A stretch of 64,000 nucleotides of DNA from Octopus sinensis (lineage: Eukaryota), in NCBI RefSeq assembly GCF_006345805.1, contig NW_021836129.1:310001-374000 (forward strand), given 5' to 3'. The position numbers were made by a program, and so were the translations under genes. The notes below the pieces were generated by a model. It saw only the letters and a program-made list of their open reading frames with translations, made no database searches and was not told the DNA's origin. Of the stretch, positions 12,849-26,166 are shown in pieces (position 1 is the stretch's first letter; every line of letters starts with the position of its first letter).

Positions 12849-14364
12849 GAAGTTAGAACTGGGTAAGCATAATAGTCAATATTTTCCATATTTTCATCGA
12901 GGTAATGCGTAATTTTTGTTTCTTGTATGCATCCAATAGAAACTTTAAATCTTTCTAGGTCGTCACAAAGAATATTTCTTGACTTAGATATTCAGCATGC
13001 ATTGAACGAAAGAATCTTTAGGGCAAGCATATTCTCTGTATCTTCTGCTTTTTACAAATGTTTCTTAACCGTTGTACGGAAAAGAGACGATGCATGTGAC
13101 CACCTCACCAAAACTATTAAATAAAATCTTAGTAGGATTTTGAAATAAATAATTTATATTTTAAATATAATATACATTTTTAATTTGTTAACCTTCACAG
13201 AAATAGTATTAAAAAGGAAGTTCAATATAATTTATTGATGTACGTTTCTGTCTCTTGGAAATTCGTGGAGGTATATCCAAAGAAATCTGCACTAGGTATC
13301 TCTTTTTTGTTGAAATATATTTTAGCGTACTGTCTTATTGTCGATCATGATTTAAATATTCTTTTCGAAAGCTTTTCGAAATTATCCATTTTTTCTTTCT
13401 TTTCCATGCAACTGGATTCTCACAGCAAATTTTGCGTTGTTGAGTCAAGGAACATTCTCCTCCCAATGATAGACGACAGGAAGTGGTCCAAAATCTCTGT
13501 TAATGATATCAGGTGTCGGACCACTACACACGCAGGTTTCACAAGAGCTCCAGAGGAGTACTTGTACTTAGAAGGCCATGTGAGTGACATGTACACACAT
13601 GGTCATCTTGTCATGAAGTATCAAACTTCTACATCTTGCAACATGAGGATCTGGTTTTGGCAGACATACACTTGCGCGCAATCGGGCTTCAGTTAGCCCC
13701 TACCAAGGAAGAGGCACTACACGCTGTTGACCAGTACACAGCCGGAAATGTAGAGAAATATAAGAGTGAGCTTGATTGAAAACAGTATTCAACTGATTCA
13801 GCGACTCTCTCGATCCTTGGACATCCGCGTCTCGATCCAGGACATCTCAGACAAAGCAGGCAGCTTCGCTCAGTACTGGGCAAGTATGCACACGACTGTG
13901 GAGCCCCTGCTGGAGTTAGAGAGTGACCCCTGGCAGATGTTTCTCGCTTCCCAGGGCTCTGGTACAAAGGTGCTCAGGGTGAATACGTGACTAGAGAGGT
14001 GGGTATGCGAGATTTGGTGATGGCTGTGACCAGTGTACTGCAGGATGGGAAGGGTTATTCACGGCACCCTCCTGGCTGCTTTCGGTCGGCAAAGAAATAA
14101 TGCTAGTAGTACGCTACTACATTATGGCGGACGATCAGAAGACCCCCTCGCCAATGAGCTCCAGAAGCACAGTGACTCTGCCTCCATCAGGCTCCCACAT
14201 GGGAACATCGGGGTGAATGCTTTAAAGAATTACTTTTGGTTATCTGGGAACCAAAGATTTATGTGCAATAGACATGAGTTCGGGGGGAAAAATTTATATA
14301 ATAAAAAAGTATCATTCCGAAATTTTATTGAGTAATCCAAAAAGTATCATGCCGAAATTTTTGA

Positions 14365-14490
14365 GGTTGACGGGATGACCCTTTTCCCATTTGAGAGCGG
14401 AAAAGTCCTCGTATGGGATGCAACCTGCTGGGATACATTCTCTGCTTCACATCTAACATCGTGTGCTCTGCAGGCTAAATCAGTTCGACT
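14365..14490 (+). mobile_element. Old CRE-clade retrotransposon endonuclease fragment
   Basis: GMTLFPFESGKVLVWDATCWDTFS parallels DGMTIFPYSSEKALVWDVTVVDTFS of the element at 55582. Confidence 0.7.
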
Positions 14491-15249
14491 CCCTCGAGCA
14501 ACCATCTTGTTGTATAGGCATCAAAAATATTTCTGTACCAGTCTCTTGTTCTTTACAATAAAAAATATTTGTCATATTATATATATTTATCTTGACAAAA
14601 AAGATTTTGAAATAGAGTTCAAATATTTTTTTTGAATTTTTTTCGAAAGTATAACCACCTAGGCTCGGTACACCAAGGCTTGTGACATAATAATTTATAA
14701 AAATAATATAACAATAATTAAATTCGTGTTCTGTTTAAAAAAAAGTCTAAAAAAATATAACAATAATGATTAAAATTTGGTAGAAATTTATCATTTTAGA
14801 TTTTAGGGCGCTAAAATACCAGATCGCCAAATCCGGGAACAAATAAATAAAAGTTTGCCATAAGAATATACAAAATAAAACTTTCTATCAAAAAATAAGG
14901 TAAAATTCAATGAATAAAGATAAATGAAAAGATTTCAAATAAGCGATATAAACAGATTGAAAGAATGAACTCGCAATATTACAAAATGATGAAATTTCAG
15001 ATAATTTATTAATTAAAAGAAACTACATGGCAAAATATTCCTTCTAATCCAATTAAATAAAAAAATAAAGATTGACCAAATAATGCAACAGGACAACAAG
15101 GTATGTCAAAAGAGTGCTCACACGTGTCACAATTTATTATGTTTTCTATTAATAATTGGGTAACTAAAAATTAAGATAATTTTAATTAAAACACAATTCT
15201 ACCTAGTAGCTTATAAACAGTGTAAATACCAGAGGGGATATCTCAATGA

Positions 15250-15346
15250 TGGCAACTTGCGAGCAGATTTTGCAGATTCGAGCAGTTTGTTTCCTTGGAA
15301 CTTTTGCTCCAGTAGATTTTCGAGCAGCTTGTTTAGTTATAGCCAT
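15250..15346 (-). pseudogene. Histone H3 N-terminal tail fragment
   Basis: MAITKQAARKSTGAKVPRKQ then (after a frameshift) AKSARK, vs canonical [28 protein letters not shown]; no histone-fold sequence follows. Confidence 0.75.
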
Positions 15347-15609
15347 ATTTTTTTATTTCAGTTAGAACCGATTCAGGGGAGTTATTTTTGTTTTATATAG
15401 TTAAACAACATTATTCCGAATTTTTTCGAGTAATGCAAAAAAGTATCATTCCGAAAATTTTTTGGTTAAATCACTCACCATTTTTAAAAATAAAAAATTA
15501 AATATTTTTAAAATAATATTTTATCATCACCATCAAATAATTGTAACTATTGCTTAAATTGATGAATTTTGCGAGATTACAGACTAAATTACTAGTGTAC
15601 TAATTAAAG

Positions 15610-16150
15610 AAAAAACAGATAACGATCCGAGTTTTTTCTTTCAATATGGTAATTTCGTAAGCAATCATCAATTGTTTGACAAATTGAACTTGCATCACAC
15701 GTCTCAACATAAATACAGTCAATCAAATATATATTGGTTGGGTTGTCAATCTTTTCAGCAATAATGTTCACATATTTTTTTTAAAGAATGTTGGGTTTCG
15801 TCTATTACTAAAAATATTTGACTCCCTTTGAAATATTCTTTAAGTTTTTCAACCTGTTTCACAAAAATAGTGGAAACAAGATTTCTGGAATGTGTCTCAC
15901 TAGGCAGTTTAAATCCCAAAGTTTCAAAAAAAGTTTGAAAATGGACATCCCTTAATTTGAACAGCGGAATATTTGTTTGGTCATCATTTCGACTAAACTA
16001 ATCGCAAAAGACTCTTCGAAAATCACATCTTTCGCAATTAACTTCATTTGGACATTAGATTTTCCTGATTCTAATCTCTTTTTGTGTTTCAATGTTTGGC
16101 GATGTTGTTCAACGTTGAAACTTTTTCCATATTTAACAGGAACACAACAT
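15610..16150 (-). mobile_element. Degenerate CGGBP1-like/hAT transposase remnant
   Basis: HRQTLKHK, DETQ..KKYVNIIA and CDASSICQTI pieces in the expected order; many stops. Confidence 0.4.
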
Positions 16151-16289
16151 TTTGAATAATAAAGTCTCCCGTGATCATCCTCTTCGAATTCGTTAGGAAA
16201 TTTGTTAATTATATTTTTTTTTTTTATTTGATTTTTTGAATTTATATATTTAAGCGTGCTTAATTATTAATTTATAAATTTAACAAAGC

Positions 16290-16900
16290 GTAATTACCAA
16301 TGATCGTGCTGAATTACGAGTTGACACTACTATCCCTACCGAATCAAAAATTTAATATAACAAGCCGGACATTTTCCTATACGACAAAAAATTAAACCAC
16401 ATATGGCTAATAGAGATTGAGTGACGTGTGTGTGGATAATTTAAAAGCAGTTGAAGTTGAAAAACTTCATAAATATGATATCCTGGCAAGTGAATTAGAA
16501 ATCATTTACAAAGCCAAAGTCAAAATACTTCCGATTGTCATTACCTGGGATGCGATCACCTCCAAGTATTTTAAAATATACATGGATTTGATTGGCATTA
16601 AAGACAGTGTTCTGGCATACATCCAAACGACTGCATTAAAGAAGACGTTGGAAGGAATGTTCGTAGAATATAAACATGGTTTCGAAGACGTAATGACTAA
16701 AGCATTGATTCTCAACAAAGATTATGCAGTGTGGAACACTCACCAAAGGGGAGCTAACTCGATGAAGAGGAGACATGATGAGGTGACAGAAAACGAATAC
16801 TCTGAGGAAGGACAAATTAATAGCAAGAGGATCACGAAGATGATGGTGCTGTTCAGGGAGGCACAAGACCAGTAAATTGAAAAATTTAATTAATCTAATT
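16290..16900 (+). mobile_element. R4/Dong-like non-LTR 3' end with restriction-like endonuclease
   Basis: NKPDIFLYDKK...LIEI*VTCVDNLKAVEVEKLHKYD...PIVITWD (PD-(D/E)xK type); one in-frame stop. Confidence 0.8.
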
Positions 16901-18191
16901 TTTAATTTACTAAATTAACATATTTAAAATTATTATTCATTCTGAAAAGTGCGAGAAAGATGTTTTACGTTTTCATTTTATTTCTATATGATTCATATCA
17001 TTTTTAAGATCTTGTATAACAATTCCTTCCGTGGCCACTATATTCGACTTAATTTTAAAGAAATAACTGAATTATTAATTATACGGACGATAATGATGAC
17101 ATTATGTGCCAGCGATTAACTAATAAATTTTCAGGCATATTCCGACGGCGTAATTCCGCCTCTTACCTGTGACAGACATAAAAAATATAAATAATCCTTT
17201 AGTGAAGAAGAACGCTATTTTATATAATTAAAAAAATTAATTTTCTTTTAAAACTGGGCATAAACCGATGATCCCAAAGCTTGGAAAGAAGTTGATTAAA
17301 TGGACGGAGGTAATAGAATCTAAAAATACTTTCTCAAAAATCATTTATAAATGGTTTTGTGACTGATTCTTTAATATCAACTAAGGTAGCATTTTTAGTG
17401 GATGAGTTATAACTCAGTAATTTAAAAATTCTAATGAATTTTTAGATAAATTCAAAAAGAGACGTGGATTCAGATTGCGTAAATTACACAGGAATATGCA
17501 AACAAATAAATATGTCGACGTTGAATCCTTTTTTGCAGAATTTAACGAATTTTCAAATGCATAAAAACCTGACAAAATCTATAATCTGGATAAACTCGTT
17601 GTTTTCAAAATCATTGATTTTATTTATTCAAATTGCTCATTTTTTACATTTGTAACAAAATTCTGAAAAACCAAAACTGGACGACGGTAAAGTCGTGCAA
17701 TTTTAATTCATTAAAAAATAAGCTCTTCTAAGTTGTTTTGGACGGAAAATGATAAATACAAGGATAAATCATCGTTTTTAGATCTTCTGAATTAGAGAAA
17801 AGATTATTTTTAATCAAACTACATAAATTTCACACAGCAAGTGTTTTCCAAATTCTCAAATGGATCTTCCCTGGAGCTTGGAAAATATTTTAAGTGGGGT
17901 TGTCTATTGACGTCGATTATTTGAAACCTCACTATACAAATAGTAATCACATTTTCAAATTTCGATTGGAAATGATTTGTTTAAACGTCTGTAACTAAAA
18001 TAAAGAAGCCTCTCCTCTTAACAAGTGATGTTTCCTTGATTTGATACAGCTAGAGAAATCACGATTACTACTAAAAAGAGTTGCTATCCAACAGAGAAAA
18101 AAGACAGAAAATATTGACTAGATATTACCCTTATAATACTTTGGTGAATTAATAAGAAACAGAAAATTAAGAAAGCATAAAAATAAATAAA

Positions 18192-19368
18192 TCAAACGCC
18201 AGACACAACAGACTGAATACGTCCACCCTCATCATCAGTCCCCACATCATCCACCACAGACTTCCCCAACACATCTAACAATACATCCAACAATCCTACC
18301 ATTAATAACCCTCTCCTTATATCTCCTACTCAAACTATCCGCCTCCTTCCAATGCGGAGGGGTGGGCGGACTCCTTCCTCTCCCAGGCGATCGGTACCTC
18401 TAAAATAACCCCTCCAAACAACCTCAGCCCCCCTCCCTTTAATAACACGACCAGAACGATCAACTCTATTCTCCCCGTAGTTATACTTTTTGACCACAAC
18501 AGGCCCATTCCGATTCCGTTTTAAGAAATTGACGGGGGTTTGGGGGATTTCGTCAGGATCGATGACAATTGAGCCATATTCCTCAGCATTGACATTTCCT
18601 CCCATTCCCTTCTCGGCTGCCCTGGCCATTTTCTCCTTAAACAATCTCCTTTCTTCTTTCCTCTTCAATTTAGCCTCTCTTCTTGCATTTCTTTCTTCTT
18701 TCCGCTTTATTTGGCTTCTTTCTCAGCCTTCCGTGCTTTCTTTCTCACATTGGTCTGCCACACCATTTCTCCACACCCCTCAATCGTAACACTCGTCAAC
18801 GGACGGTTGTGTTTGTCCGTCTCCAACGACTCAATTCGCCTAATCACGGAATCTCCTGAAATCACTTGTCCAAAAACCACGTGCTTTCTTAAAATACACA
18901 AAAATATTTCAAAACCCGTCCAAATGAGGGCAGGGGACTGTCGTTATGAAAAATTGTGAGGCGTTTGTGTTGGGGCCCTTGTTGGCCATGGAAAGCAGGA
19001 AAGGACGGTCGTGTTTTACTAAAAAATTCTCGTCTAATAAATTCAGGTTTTTTTAGACTGACCGTCGAATTTCTTTCCGTAAATACTTTCTCCGTTGGTT
19101 CCGTTTCCCGTGATTATGTCGCCGCCTTGGATCATGAAGTTTGGGATCACTCTGTGGAATTGATTCCCTTCGTAGTGGAGGTTAACTCCTGTGGATTTGC
19201 TGTCTCCCAATTCGCCTGTGCAGAGAGCTCGGAAATTTTCGGCGGTTTTGGGGACAATTGATTTAAAAAGTTCAAATATTACTCTTCCGGCTAATATTTT
19301 TAATATTTATATTGAATTTAACCTTCTTGGTCACCAATATTTATATCAAAATAGCATCTCGGCTCCAT
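18192..19368 (-). CDS. PPIG: PPIG/SR-cyclophilin-like peptidyl-prolyl isomerase (spliced; C-terminus approximate)
   Basis: [68 protein letters not shown]; PPIG-type [11 protein letters not shown]...YRSP...TPPHW; GT-AG introns of about 23-32 nt; at least one frameshift in the Lys-rich linker. Confidence 0.85.
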
Positions 19369-19703
19369 GCTCCACAACGACAGGAATGAAATAATTTTAT
19401 TAATTAAAATATTAATTATAAATATGTTATTTTTAATAAAAGAATTTAAAAATCTCCAAAGATATTAAATAATATACAAAAACTGTTGTACTTTAAAACT
19501 GTTAGATTTAAACCAGAAAAAATTATTTATAATTCAATAAAAAATGATTATATATTTCTAAAATAAAAATTAATTTAAATTTATTTAATTAATGTTAACA
19601 AATAAATTATTAATAAAATAATAAAGACAAAAAATTCTTTGTTGGACAACTTGTGAGGCCACCCAGGACGACCCAATTTATTATTAATTAAACAAAAATC
19701 AAC

Positions 19704-20169
19704 TCACAACCGACCCATTTTGGCAAACGCAAAAATCTTAAGAGATACATAGGACAGGAAGGCAGCAAGTAATCCGAAAGTAGCGAGAATCGCCTTTCTC
19801 TGTGAACTATACATGCCACTATAAGCAGTATTCAATGAAAGGAATCCAACTGCCCCGAATACGACCATGAATGAGGAGGCTAACCCTTCAATTACATATT
19901 GATGTTGTATTCCATTGGCTGTGCTGAATGTCTCCATCACTCTCCGTCCATTCTTGTCCTGTCTGACTCCCATAGCTGGGGGATCATTGGCTATGATGAA
20001 GAATAGGCCTGTTTAGTTAGATTGGGGGACTCACCTCCGATTATGAGGGCATATATGGCCACCACTAGACCAAACACGTGGTAGTATTTCAAATTTTCCA
20101 GAGGTCTTGGTTGGTGGAGTCGTAGGGGGGTATGTTGAGTAAGGAGGGTAGAATGGAGTATGGCCACAT
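19704..20169 (-). CDS. OSTC: Oligosaccharyltransferase subunit OSTC/DC2
   Basis: YALIIGG|LFFIIANDPPAMG...QYVIEGLASSFM matches DC2; one 26-nt intron; apparent 1-nt deficit in a C run near the start. Confidence 0.85.
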
Positions 20170-20319
20170 CACCACAAAGAACGATTGTTTAGTTTATTCG
20201 TCACTTAAATTTATTTGTTATTATTTAAATTAATTTTAAACTAAACCAAATTAAACTAAATTTACATTATTTTATTAATAATTTTCTTATTGTTCAATTA
20301 TTTTGTTAATGCTTTATGC

Positions 20320-20770
20320 TGCGACATATACTGGCATGAGAGCAAACTAAACTTTTTGTGCGATTAGCTTATTTGTGTCTGGTCTAGTTGGAAGGTGATT
20401 TCACTGTCAAGAATGAGATTATCCAAAAAGTCATTCGAAATTGTGAAGTTCGCAAATTTTCGCGTCCTTTAAAATTTCGAGATTTTTTTAACTGTAGATT
20501 GGAGATATAAATCTTCATATGTTTGCTTCTTGTCCAAATGAACGTTTTCAAATAGACATGATAGATCTGAAAAGATTTTCAAAACGGTCATTTGACAATT
20601 ATATTAGGTTGGTTTTTTTAATTTTTTATAGATTTGCATTTGCACGGCCACTCTATAATAAGTCTGGTAAAGAAGTGTGTCGAAACTTAAGATATTTGAT
20701 TCGCCTAACTTAATTATGCAAATTTCTTCAGTCAAACAAAAGGTCCGAATGTAAAAATAAAGAAATAACA
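20320..20770 (+). mobile_element. Degenerate DDE integrase (Ginger/KRBA2-like)
   Basis: KVIRNCEV, PNERFQIDMIDL, FAFARPLYNKSGKEV and LQSNKRSE.KN follow integrase-core order; stops and frameshifts. Confidence 0.6.
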
Positions 20771-23700
20771 CATAGATTAAAAAAATAGTTAGCCAAATTT
20801 TTTTCTTTGTGGTTTTAATAAAATGAAATATATTGAAATTATTCCTAGTTCAAAGTTAATGTAACAGGCTGCCCATATGTATCGCATGGCCCATGATAAA
20901 ATACACTTGCACTGCAGTGGTATGCATATAGTAGAAGTTCCAACCATCGGACAGTGACAGGAATTCATTCTTATACTTGAATACTGCTGGGAGAGGAGAC
21001 ACGAGTCGTCCTCACAATTTTAATACAATACTTGCGTGACTTCCCGACTAATTGCTGTGTCGTTATTTCAACAATAATTGAATAGGTATACTGAATGGAA
21101 TAATGACCTAAGATAGCGTCAACAAATAGTCTTGCAATGAACGAGTTAAACAGAAAATTGGCTGATAATGTGACAATTTTGACTATAAAAAGCTTATTTG
21201 GTGTCATAGCACGTCGATCACCATTTCCAGTACGTTGCACACATGTCAACCATTAGTCTCTATGTGACTTTCCAAAATAGCATGAATATTTAATTGATGT
21301 ACCAGACCAGAAGAGATAGGAACTCTCGCCAGAGTCTAGCTATGACTTTTACCTCAATTTAGTTTTGGGATCTTTTCGCTGTGTTCTTCTAGACTCTAAA
21401 AAATAATCTTCATTTTGTTTAGTGGAGTATTCACGAATAATGTTTCATTTAATTTTATTGATGACTAATAACAATTTTTATTGATGCATTCAATTCTTGA
21501 GATAATTTTTATACAATTAAATGATGCCGATGTAAAATACAATGAATTGAAGTGGATATTGGTGATTTTTGTTACAAAAAAACTAAAAAAACCACTATAT
21601 TTTCCAACCTAAATAAGATTTAAACATTTTGAATATTGACAATCCTGTAGTATCCCTGACTAAAGATTTTGTAAAAAATAACTTTTCTTGCAAAATAGAA
21701 TCATCATCGAAATATCTATAAAAAATTAATACCTCACGAATAAACAAAAATAAAAACTGAACAAGCATTTTCTCACGAATTTATTATGAAACAATATCTA
21801 AAAATAACTTCTATTGATTTAAAACATTAAATAAAGTATTGTTAATTTTTTAGTTTTTCTAAAAAATATTATATTTATACGGTTTTTCATTCATTGATTA
21901 TATTTATACATTTAAAACTGACGACAACTGATTCGTCAAGTTGGATTGAAAACTGAGAAATAAATCAAGGATTGTTCAATTTCATCAATTCTTCTTATAG
22001 TGTCGTTGCTTAATGAAATAGTCTTCAAAAATCTTTTTGTAAGATGTCGTTTATAAATAAAATACAGGACGAGGATGCCTGCTTTCAGCGTAGTGTCCCA
22101 ACTAATGTTCAGTCACGAATTCCGTTTCCTACAAAATGCGGTTTTTGGTGAAGGATGCGGAGAAGGAGACCGATTGTGGGAGATGCAGTAGACTTAGGAT
22201 GGAGTTTGATCAACTACGTGCGGAAATGACTTGATCAAGACCCAACTCAAGTCACGTACGTCCAACGGGAGTAGAAAGGCTGATGTGAGGATTGGTTTGT
22301 ATGGACTGAGTAGAAACAATTGACTGAAATGGTCGTTTGGACGAAAATGAACGATTGACAGCAGAGAATGACAGATTGTGTTCAATGCTTTTTCAGAGTC
22401 AGTAGTTTATTTAATTATCCTTTTTTTGAATAGTGGATACTTTATTTTTATGCTGTTTCTGGTTATTTTCACATTTCTCAATTAAGTTGGGTTAAATAGA
22501 CAAAATTTGATGTTTTAATTGAAATCCATAAATCATCACTTTTTTGTTCCTCTGTTTGATCTTAAAGTGGTTAGCTGTCTCATGAATAGACCATATTGTT
22601 TACAAAATCGATTAGAATCAAATAAAAGGTTAAGTATTGACCATTTTTCACTTTAATCTACAACAGGCAGTTCACAATTGTTTTTCCAATAATTATTTAT
22701 ACCAGGCATCCACCAATTAGACTGGTTCTTAGAGGGACAAAGTAATAATTTAACTTTTCGCAGTACACTACGATTGGTCAGACTCTCGAAGCAGCGTTTC
22801 ACTAAAGAATGGCCAGAGAAATCACAACGTTTCCGAGAACCTTTTCTTCTTAACTCTTAGTTTTGATTAAATTTCAGTAAATCATGGTTAATAAGTTGAA
22901 CTTACCTTTCAAAATCAGCTGTCCACAAAAACAGCCAGTGACGAGTTTGAGTTGGACCGGAGCGTTTGTTATCGTGCGACCAATGTTCGGTTAATCTGTG
23001 TGCCTTTTTTCCCAATTCAATTATGATGTTTTCGCTTTTAAATGTTCAATCAAACGAAACAATTTCATTGCCTTCATTCGAAAATATTTTACCACATTGA
23101 AGACAAAGTGGTTTTTTTTCTTTATTTTTTCAAAGACTATCGACCTCTAACTTGAGATTTTAATTTTTCAAATATTAAGAATCAACCATCGCCAACCTGT
23201 CTGAATAAATCGCCACCTATCAACACAGTCACTGATTATTATTATTATTATTTAAAGACCAAACACGGGCAAAGCCAGTTAATTATAGTTATTCCCGTGA
23301 TCGCCGATCCAAACGAGGGAGATCCTTCTGAAAGGTTCAATCCTTCCCGCAAGATCGGCCTGAGACGACAATGTCCCAGGGTCTGGGAAGCTAAGAGTCT
23401 ATTTTCGGTGTGCATTAAGTGCCTCCTGAGCGTTGCCATATCCGGAGGAATTTCCAACTGACATGGTGGACCCCGTAACGCCACGCTAAGCCCGGAAGGT
23501 AAGAGATCCCCATTTCCAACTGTGTCGTGCCAGAAGTACTCGTTGCCTCACGGGCAGGGAAACGATAACGAGAATTTGCCCCAGGATGAAAACTGGCCTC
23601 CTTCGGAATCGAACTCACGACCGTCCAAATCCATTATCCATAGCTTAGTCTTCAGCCAAGGGGACTGATGGAATGAATGGTCTTTGTTTTTACTTACATT

Positions 23701-24299
23701 TCCCACAAAGAGCTCAAAGATTTTTAAAATAGGCTTTTCTTTAATCTACCAGTTGACCGAAACTGGAAATTTTGTTTCTGTCTTTGTTCTTAAATCTCCG
23801 TTGGGTCCAATCTTAATTAGTTGGCAAAATCCGAGTTGACGGTCACCTTGAAGATGAAATATATTTTTCATTTAGCACTCTTCTCCGGTCTTCGGAATGC
23901 TTTGATATTTTCACAATTCATTTTTTCAAGATTTATATGACTCAATCAGCGAGGTCCTTGATGTATGTTTATTTGTAGAATGGCATCCAGTCCATTAGGA
24001 GCAACTGTTCAGAGATTTGTGTAGCACTCAAATCAATTGGAGAAAGTCCCAGAATGACAAAGTAATTGGAAAATGTTCACAGTGGATACAATGTATTAAG
24101 AAGCAGATTCGTTTTGAATTTTTTGTACATTTGCTTCCATCCTGTCCATCTTACTATAAAACTCAGGAACATAAAGAATGAATCAGAAATGTGTAGAAAT
24201 ACTTAGCGCTTTTCACAGGAAACAACTCAGGTCATTACTATCAAATGAATACCAAGAACCAAGACTTATACTCAGTTTCTAGTGCAGAAAACCTAGAGA

Positions 24300-24530
24300 C
24301 ATTTATTACTACGGCCTGATGAGGACTCGTCGGCCACATTCTACGGATGGATCCCTCTCTTCCCGCTAATGACATTATGGAAACATACTTTCAATGTTCA
24401 GACCATTGTCGTGGGAAGCCAGGAACGACACTACCACTGGTCATAAGTAGCGACCTAAAGCATGGCGGATTGTCACTAGAAGAGGCAGACGATCTAGACA
24501 GCCGTCAAAATCGCAATTTTGAGAAAAGCC
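24300..24530 (+). mobile_element. RTE-like LINE 3' fragment
   Basis: GHILRMDPSLPANDIMETYF...RGKPGTTLP; same family as 58030-58373. Confidence 0.6.
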
Positions 24531-25451
24531 TGGAGGTGTCTAACACAAAATTGTCCAGGGTGTGGCACAAGCGACGAGAAAATTATGACATTGCTTTTCA
24601 ATGGAAGCAGATTACCGTCGAATAATATTCGATATTTCTCCACAAATTGTGTAGTTAATCATAAATATAGACAGAAGAAAATAAGTTAGTTATTTTATGT
24701 CAAATGGATTTCCATGATTATAAACATTTGACAACAAACTCAGAGAACGAACAACTTATGCACGAAGAGTATAATGGATGACAGATTCTTCATGTTCTGT
24801 TATTTGCACGTGGTTTATTTAAGACAATTAATAATCAGACATCAGAGATTGTTCAATCATGTGATTGGATGACTGTTTTCTTGCTTTGTTGGCGTGATTT
24901 CTAATATCGGAACCTCTGAGAATGTTTTTGTGTGCCTAATTAACTGATAGATGTCAATGGAGCACAGGAAACTGGCGATGGACCTCATTGAAATGATCAT
25001 AAAGTGGATTCGGGATGATTCCATTCAGGTCCTCTCTTCCTGTCATTTCTTGTAATCGACTCCGCGAAATATTCCCAAACATAATTAAAACGAAATTCTA
25101 AAGTATATGATTCGTTTTTCCTACCCTTTTGAGAATTCGGGTTTATTTTGGTTATATTTTGCAGATTTGATGTCTGGATTCTCTCAAGGTGTACTTAGAA
25201 CCAAAGATGGCACCAATTTCTTCTGAAATATGCGTTTAGTGGAAAGGATTTTAGAAGTTTCTATCCAAAACCAAGTTTACTTAATCGAGAACAATTTCAA
25301 CTTGAAAGTGTTTTAATTAAAATGACAGTCAACTTAATAAAAAGACAACTCAATACAAAAAACCGACAAAATTTTTAACGTCCCTATAAGAATAAATATT
25401 GTCTTTGATCAATAAAATGATTGTTTATAACAAATGAAAGTAAAGAAACAA

Positions 25452-26166
25452 CTAAAGAGTAAGTTTGCAGAGTTTGGCACTGGACGTTCTCTGAAGTGCA
25501 TCCTCATTGGGCTAACCATAACCACAGAATCATACCTCGTAGGATATCTTAATCTCTGGTGGAATGCCAAGCATTTCCTTAAGCTGCAGACTAAACATAA
25601 ATTAGATAAAAAACCCGATATTTTTGACAATTTCTACCGACTTTTGGCAGTTTGTCCACAAAGTCAATTTGTTGGCATGACGTCGGACATTTATGGTGAT
25701 TCCGTTAATGCTGTCCGTCAGTTCGTCAAACGAGTCCCGAATAAGTTCCATCGTCTTAAATCACACCGTAAAATCACCAGCAATTCCCAGAGCTTGTCAC
25801 TCTTTGTATTGTCGGTGTCCTTACTGACGATTATACTCCAGAAGCCCCCCTTTGAGTTGGCGCTGTGTTCCCACATTGGAGGAATCCCCGTCTAATCCAG
25901 TCAGAGTGGTAAGATTGCCTTAAAGAGACAAATATCACTTCCCACTGTCATTTCCGACACCAGTTTTAAATTGTTAAATGCCCTAACAGGTCATCAGGTT
26001 AGCCAACATCCAATATTCCTCGACTGATTCAAAAGTGCAGAGGATTTTCATTCGGTCTTTGTAGTCCATGCGGCGATCTGCGTCTATTAACCAGAATGTC
26101 CAGCTCGTGTTAAGTGGGTGGTAGTCTTCAGAATCAGACTAGCATTTAGCGACCACAACACACCAT
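25452..26166 (-). CDS. EIF4E: Cap-binding translation initiation factor eIF4E (six introns of 23-27 nt; absent from the ORF track)
   Basis: Spliced product M|SDSEDYHPLNTSWTFW...TFESVEEYW|MAFNNL...LFK|TGIPPMWE...GGFW...KLWELL|TMELIRDSFD...NVRRHANKLTLW...IG|LQLKEMLGIPP...SYE|PNED...TL* aligns colinearly with eIF4E. Confidence 0.92.
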
